DNA of 64,000 nucleotides from Williopsis jadinii (Eukaryota), in assembly GCA_024346625.1 (NCBI GenBank), contig AP024666.1, forward strand, positions 1,178,001 through 1,242,000, in the 5' to 3' direction. Within the stretch, counting starts at the first letter, position 1, and every line of letters begins with the position of its first letter. The translations under genes and the position numbers were made by a program. Below, piece after piece: positions 58,706-64,000 of this stretch. The notes under the pieces were generated by a model. That model was given only the letters and a program-made list of their open reading frames with translations. It did no database searches and was not told where the DNA came from.

Positions 58706-60297
58706 TCAGCCTGTTATCTTCTGAACAATATCCTTTAGGACAACCTCGTGTTTCCTGATCCACTCGTGCTTGAAACATTGCTGGATATCAAAGCGCTTTT
58801 TGGTATCAACGTGCAAAAGGCTTTGAACAAAACTCTTGGCTTCCTGAGACACGTTCTGCCACTCCTTCATCTGAAGCTTTAAAGCTCCTCGTTTTGCACT
58901 GCGAATGATATTTGCCTCTTCCCCATCTTCGTAAAAAGGTGAAATACCGCTGAGCATAATATGAACCATTACTCCTAATGACCAAATATCACATTTACTA
59001 TCATAACCTTTCTTCAAAGTCAGCTCATCTGTCCTCTTGTAGTTGATAAACTTCTTTTGTTGTTCTGGTAATTTGGTGAATTCAAACCCAACCTCAGGTG
59101 CACAGTACTCTGGTGTACCTATAACGGTGAACATTCGACCTCTTGTTGATTTAGCAATGCCAAAATCTGCGAGCAAGACTTTGCTAAATGGTTCAGGTGA
59201 CTCCAAAAGGATATTATCAAGCTGAAACTGGTCAGTTTTCACTCAACATGAGAATCGCCATTCGCAAAAATGTGAACTCACTTTTAAGTCTCTGTGCACA
59301 ATATTGTTCCTGTGAAGGTATTGAAGCGCACACATGATCTGATATGTAATAATCAAGGCTTCAAACTCAGGAATCGGCGAAATAGAGGAACCATTGGAAA
59401 GGTACGAAAATAGATCACCACCACAAATTCTACTTCAGTTAGTTCTTCGAACATTTGGTTTTGAACGGGGAAAGAAACACTCACAAATCTTCAAAAATGT
59501 AAAGATGGTTTTTCGAAATCTGTGCCTGGTACACTCGAATGACATTGGGCTTTTTGTTATTGACGCTTATTAGTAATTAGTTCTTCCAACATAGTGCTTG
59601 TCTGTTACTTACGTGATCAAGCTGTTGCAAAATTTTGGCTTCAAAAGGAACAACGCCACTGTAATTCTTGATAACCTTGACAGCACATAGCTTGGAATCC
59701 CAGTTTCTCTTACACACGAAAACCTTTCTCAATATGTTAGTGTATTTCCCAGATTCTTTAGATCACATGGTCTCTTTGGTATGCTCATACGTGGCCAAAT
59801 GTTCCACTACCCAACAATCTATCATCGATCTTCTATTCAGAAAACTCACCATTGATGCAGTTCAGATCTTTCAACTTCCTGGCAACGTCTTTCTCACAGT
59901 TTCCCCCTAGCGCCCTGAACCCCAACTCAATTCCAAAGGGAATTCGAACGACATCCCCATGACCTAGCAAAACTATTTCATGTCTTTTGATCCTCTTGCC
60001 ATTTACATACGTTCCGTTTAAAGAAAGGTCTTTGAGGTAGATCAACGGTACCGAAACGTCGTCGAATTGAGTTGCCCATATTTTGCAGTGAACTCCAGAT
60101 ACCGCCATATGGTTGATCTTCAACATTGTTGAGGCGGCTCTTCCAATAGTGATGACCTTATTCCTTGGAATACCGATTAATGACCACACAGTTGTATCGT
60201 AATCACTACATTCAATCTCTGCAAGAGCTCGAAGAACTTCGAGATCACCACAAATCTCATCCATTTTACCTGGTGCTGGACTTGATTCCAATTGCAT
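58706..60297 (-). CDS. MEK1: Meiotic FHA-kinase Mek1, 5 exons (60297-59791, 59723-59613, 59549-59485, 59429-59282, 59221-58706), with an in-frame TAG at codon 155 (recoded gene or nonsense allele)
   Basis: FHA (TIGR..VSGVHC..DLSLNGT), GSGTFGHV, AVK, GGDLFSYL, HRDLKLDNILL, DFG, GTPEYCAPE, DIWSLG. All four introns keep the frame; 449 codons in total. Confidence 0.9.
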
Positions 60298-60903
60298 TGT
60301 GCTCAAAAAGGCTGTCTTCTGTGTTTCCTGTTATTATCCGTGAAGTTATCTTATGAACAACAAGATTTCTTTTTCTTTTAGTGTGTTATGTGTGTCGTGT
60401 TTTTGTTGGCTCAGCGCATCCGCCAGAACTCAATTTGACTCTATGGCATAAGACGCAAGCACCTACAACAAGTACAGCAATATGTATCAATTAAACCATG
60501 ACTGTTTACAAGCGAGAATGACGACTCTTTAGATAATCAGTCTTTGTGAGCAATACACATGATATCAAATGTTCTGTTGATCATTGCTCCTATGAACTTC
60601 TGGATAACAACTCAACATGGCTGAAAATACGGAATAAAATCGTACACTGGGGGGAGAGGTCGCTCATTACCATCAACAGGACTTGATTGGACACTGTGGG
60701 CTTAACCAAATGATCTCTACAGACCAAGGAGACGATTACTGAGTGACAGACTTATTCAATGAGTTGCAGAAGTATATACAGCAATTCAGTATGTGCATTC
60801 AAATTACTGCACGCCCTATTGAGATCAGTACGCTTACGCAGTTAGAGCGGCAGTACCAACACTCACACGCACACACCCGTACGCGATAACTCTGCACTTT
60901 GAG

Positions 60904-60911
60904 CCGGGTAA
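60904..60911. promoter_or_regulatory. Reb1-type site
   Basis: CCGGGTAA just beyond the tRNA terminator. Confidence 0.45.
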
Positions 60912-60930
60912 CCCATCCTTGCTGAAGAAC

Positions 60931-60939
60931 AAAAAAAAA
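60931..60939 (-). terminator. Pol III oligo-T terminator of tRNA-Pro
   Basis: T9 on the minus strand 2 nt after the tRNA 3' end. Confidence 0.85.
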
Positions 60940-60940
60940 C

Positions 60941-61012
60941 GGGCCGAGCAGGGAATTGAACCCTGGACCACTCACACCCAAAGCGAGTATCATACCACTA
61001 GACCACGCGGCC
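60941..61012 (-). tRNA. tRNA-Pro (UGG), intronless, 72 nt
   Basis: GGCCGCGTGGTCTAGTGGTATGATACTCGCTT-TGG-GTGTGAGTGGTCCAGGGTTCAATTCCCTGCTCGGCCC folds as a cloverleaf with A and B boxes. Confidence 0.97.
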
Positions 61013-61072
61013 GTTTCTGTGACAAAAAGTATTTGGTTTTCTTTCCGCACAGCGTCTGGGAAATGTAATGCT

Positions 61073-61096
61073 TTGTTTATTTTTTACCTAATTGGG
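61073..61096. promoter_or_regulatory. Composite forkhead + Mcm1 site (CLB2-cluster type) upstream of ASE1
   Basis: TTGTTTAT 61073-61080 followed 6 bp later by CCTAATTGGG 61087-61096. Confidence 0.7.
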
Positions 61097-61231
61097 TTAT
61101 TGAAAACAAACATTTTGATCCAAAAACAAAACAAAGAGGATTGTCAACAAGCATTAGACATCTACAACCAACAAGAAGAGTTGAACAAGAATCATCGTAT
61201 CGTCCATCATCTAACAAAAATCGTCTTCAAT

Positions 61232-63643
61232 ATGGATCTCGTTGCAACCTACTCGTCTCCGGGACGAGAGGCACAGGCCGACAACAAGATCCCAAAAACC
61301 GGAATGATAAATCTACTGTCATCACCAATGAAAGTGAAATTGAATTCTGGCAAATACGAATCATCACCCTGGCCGACTTTCTCAAAGAACAGAGGAAATG
61401 ATGGTGACTATAGCAGGCTTGCCAGCGAACTCACAAACACGTTGAGCAAGTTGGCGGATATTAATACCACCATTGGATACAATAAAAACGAATTACAAAA
61501 CAAAGAAGAAGAGCTATTTGATGCGGTGTATGGTACGCTAGACAAGTTCATTCAGGATGCAGAGACTTACAAGAATAATCTTGATAAGGAAAATAACTCC
61601 ACTATTATAATATTGAGAAAGGTGCTTAGGACAATACAAGATCCCACAGGGACCAGGACAATACCAGATCTTTACATTCGGAATCTTATTCTGAAAGATA
61701 TTCAAAACGATGTGTCAATGCTCAGTCTAAGGAATTCGCTATCCTCGAGTCTTGACTACATATTAACGGATTATAGGGATCGTCTATTCAAGTATTTGGA
61801 ATTATGCCATACCCTTGACCTGCTACGTTCAAGATGTGACGGTTTTAGCGTCACTAACCTTGAAATACCACCAGGGGAGCAACGTCGACAAATCCTACAA
61901 CTTCTGGAACAGCATTCCTCGATAAGTGACACTTTCCAGATCCTATTAAATGATCAAACACTCCTTCTTGAAACCTCACCTATGAACGATCTATCAGATG
62001 AGTGCCTTGATCACTTGTCACGCAGTATTACACAGTATAACCAGGAGATATCTTCTAGACTCTGCAACTTGAGAAAACTCTCTTCAAACATAATATCGCT
62101 CTGGAATGAACTTGATATAGATCATAAGACTGACTTTTTTATGATCTCGGATAGGGTGTTTCAATATTCACAGTGCAATGAGAAATCAGAGTCTCTTGAT
62201 GTGTCTGTGGATATAATCTCAGAATTGAACAAGCTTCTTAAGGATTTGGAGAGCGTTAAATCAGATCGCCTAGAACTGATAAATAACTTCAAATCAAAGT
62301 GTGAGCCTCTCTGGGAAAAACTAGAACAAGATCCACGAATGATTGAAGAGTTCAAATCTTCCAATAGTGACATCTCATCGAAGACTATCGAAAACTACGA
62401 GATGGAGTTGGCTAGAATGGAAGCACTAAAGGCTCAGTTTCTGGATAAGTTTATCAATGATGCTAAAATATCAATCGAAGAACTCTGGGACCAATTGTGC
62501 TACTCCGATTCCCAAAGGTCAAAATGTGAGATATATTATAGTACAGACTGTACCGATGAAGTTTTGAGCCAATTAGAGGAGGAAATCGGGAGATTAAGCA
62601 AAATATTGGCATCATACAAACCAATCATTGATCTTGTCCAACAGTTTAAGAGCTTGATTCAAGATCGGACTGAACTAGAAGCCACATCTCAGGATTCTTC
62701 CAGGTTGTTAGCGAAGAATTCGTATAAAATCCTCATGGAGGAGGAGAAGACTAGAAAAAGGTTGGCTAGGCAACTACCTAAACTCATTGGTGAGTTACGA
62801 GTGAAAATAAAGCAATATGAAGATGACAATGATGAATCCCTTTCATATCTCGGTGCTGATTTCCTAGAACTTTTAGATGAAGAGCAAAAAAAATTGGAAT
62901 CTAAAGGTAGAAGAGTGCTCAGTGGAACGTCAGCCAGATCTCAACCACCTTCGCAGTCGAGGCCCATCTCTAGGGATCCTTCAAGATCAGCATCCAGAAT
63001 AACATCTAGAGCTCCCTCCCGTGCCCCATCTAGACCTGTGTCCAAGGCCCCATCAAGAATGTCATCAAGGACCACCTCTCCTGTGAAGAGTTCAGTGTCT
63101 AATATGAGAAATCCAACAAAAGGTGTTCAAAAACCAATAAGGAAACCGATGTCTGCAAATAATTCCTCTCTGGGACAAACAAACCTGAGAAGCAGTCCAT
63201 CTAAAGTCGCTGGATCTCTAACCATCACGTCAGATTTAACGAAGGATAGAAGATTACCATCGCTGAAACCCCCGATTAAGATTACCAGAAGCACTAGTGC
63301 ATTCCAACCACGTTTGATGAGTCTATCAGAAACGAGTAACGGATCACCTCCTAGACGAACCAGGCTTCCACCTTCGCCTCTAAAAGCTGGAAATCATAGC
63401 AAACTACCAGTTCTGGGTTCGAGGAATGAAAATTCACAAAAAGTTATGACATCGCCGTTAAAGTCGCTATCGAAAGGGATCAACTATGATGATGAGTATG
63501 ATAATGGTGATAAAGAGAATAGAGAGGATCTCACAAATAGCGATCAAGAGAGTACTATGATTGATGACGATACCTACTCCACCTGGAGAAAAGAACAGTT
63601 GAGAAAACTCAATCATCTTGTTCGAGAGAGTGATACCTTTTGA
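61232..63643 (+). CDS. ASE1: Spindle midzone MAP65/PRC1 protein, 803 aa
   Basis: IPDLYIRN, ELEATSQDSSRLL..EEEKTRKR..LPK; basic Ser/Arg tail; first plausible ATG at 61232. Confidence 0.92.
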   Translation: MDLVATYSSPGREAQADNKIPKTGMINLLSSPMKVKLNSGKYESSPWPTFSKNRGNDGDYSRLASELTNTLSKLADINTTIGYNKNELQNKEEELFDAVYGTLDKFIQDAETYKNNLDKENNSTIIILRKVLRTIQDPTGTRTIPDLYIRNLILKDIQNDVSMLSLRNSLSSSLDYILTDYRDRLFKYLELCHTLDLLRSRCDGFSVTNLEIPPGEQRRQILQLLEQHSSISDTFQILLNDQTLLLETSPMNDLSDECLDHLSRSITQYNQEISSRLCNLRKLSSNIISLWNELDIDHKTDFFMISDRVFQYSQCNEKSESLDVSVDIISELNKLLKDLESVKSDRLELINNFKSKCEPLWEKLEQDPRMIEEFKSSNSDISSKTIENYEMELARMEALKAQFLDKFINDAKISIEELWDQLCYSDSQRSKCEIYYSTDCTDEVLSQLEEEIGRLSKILASYKPIIDLVQQFKSLIQDRTELEATSQDSSRLLAKNSYKILMEEEKTRKRLARQLPKLIGELRVKIKQYEDDNDESLSYLGADFLELLDEEQKKLESKGRRVLSGTSARSQPPSQSRPISRDPSRSASRITSRAPSRAPSRPVSKAPSRMSSRTTSPVKSSVSNMRNPTKGVQKPIRKPMSANNSSLGQTNLRSSPSKVAGSLTITSDLTKDRRLPSLKPPIKITRSTSAFQPRLMSLSETSNGSPPRRTRLPPSPLKAGNHSKLPVLGSRNENSQKVMTSPLKSLSKGINYDDEYDNGDKENREDLTNSDQESTMIDDDTYSTWRKEQLRKLNHLVRESDTF

Positions 63644-63770
63644 GTATTAATAATAATGATGTATGATTTGTTGTATTATATTAAGCAAAGGTTCTGTATC
63701 CACATTATACTGAAATAACGGACATTTTACACACACACACCAATCCCATCCTCAGTGTAGGAAGAGTATA

Positions 63771-64000
63771 TCACTTTTCATCCACCTCGTCCAATTTAGA
63801 GCCTGGAGGTGCAACTTTGACAAATCTTGATCCTACATCTTTCCAATCCATGCTGAGCACTGTACCTTCACTTTCCACATATGATTTCATCATTGCTCTT
63901 TTTGTATCCTCATCTGCATCTTTGTATAGCCTTTTGAACATTTGATCAGGGCCTGTCTCTTCTTCTTCATCGTCGTCAATCTTCAGAGAATCCCAGTTTA
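63771..64000 (-). CDS. SGT1: 3' end (SGS domain) of co-chaperone Sgt1; gene continues beyond the window
   Basis: NWDSL..FKRLYKDADEDTKRAMMKSYVESEGTVLSMDW..PP, TGA at 63773-63771; convergent with ASE1 as in S. cerevisiae. Confidence 0.93.
   Translation of the reverse strand, partial: NWDSLKIDDDEEEETGPDQMFKRLYKDADEDTKRAMMKSYVESEGTVLSMDWKDVGSRFVKVAPPGSKLDEVDEK

Noticed and set aside
59819..59849. GTGAGT just upstream of the MEK1 TAG as donor of a micro-intron removing the stop
   Set aside because: The possible 17, 20 and 31 nt introns have no branch site and all shift the frame; joining to the next acceptor also frameshifts and deletes the Gly-rich loop.
60956..61231. N-terminal extension of ASE1 in the ORF track
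   Set aside because: Starts at TTG inside the antisense tRNA and runs through promoter motifs; ATG 61232 is preferred.

Overview
Gene-dense eukaryotic DNA from a budding yeast (Saccharomycotina). It uses the standard code (CTG aligns with conserved Leu in Scs2), has single copies of genes duplicated in S. cerevisiae, and is relatively intron-rich. A Phaffomycetaceae-like (Cyberlindnera/Wickerhamomyces) origin is my guess, not established. There are about 29 protein genes: TIF3, FMP27/hobbit, ROX3/MED19, RPL32, SCS2, MAP2, MRP21, AVT5/6, a MIT-family-like unknown, an NT-C2 protein, SPR6-like, SLX8, RPL23, TEL1, SHO1, BET3, ETT1, MET1, a HAD hydrolase, TMC1, DRE2, SIS2/VHS3, NOB1, NDC80, SSL2, SRP40, LPX1-like, WHI5, MEK1, ASE1 and the 3' end of SGT1, plus one tRNA-Pro(UGG). 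I reconstructed 14 introns by hand. The main oddity is the five-exon meiotic kinase MEK1, which is intact except for one in-frame TAG. That TAG sits where a Trp (TGG) is expected, between the FHA and kinase domains, so it is a candidate for stop-codon editing/readthrough, or else a nonsense allele or sequence error. Other oddities: 5 of 14 introns end in A-rich AAG acceptors; an orphan intron and twin hairpins lie between SIS2 and DRE2; the Whi5 GTB motif has an R>W change; Dre2 has an internal deletion. Gene names come from recalled motifs and synteny; no database search was run.
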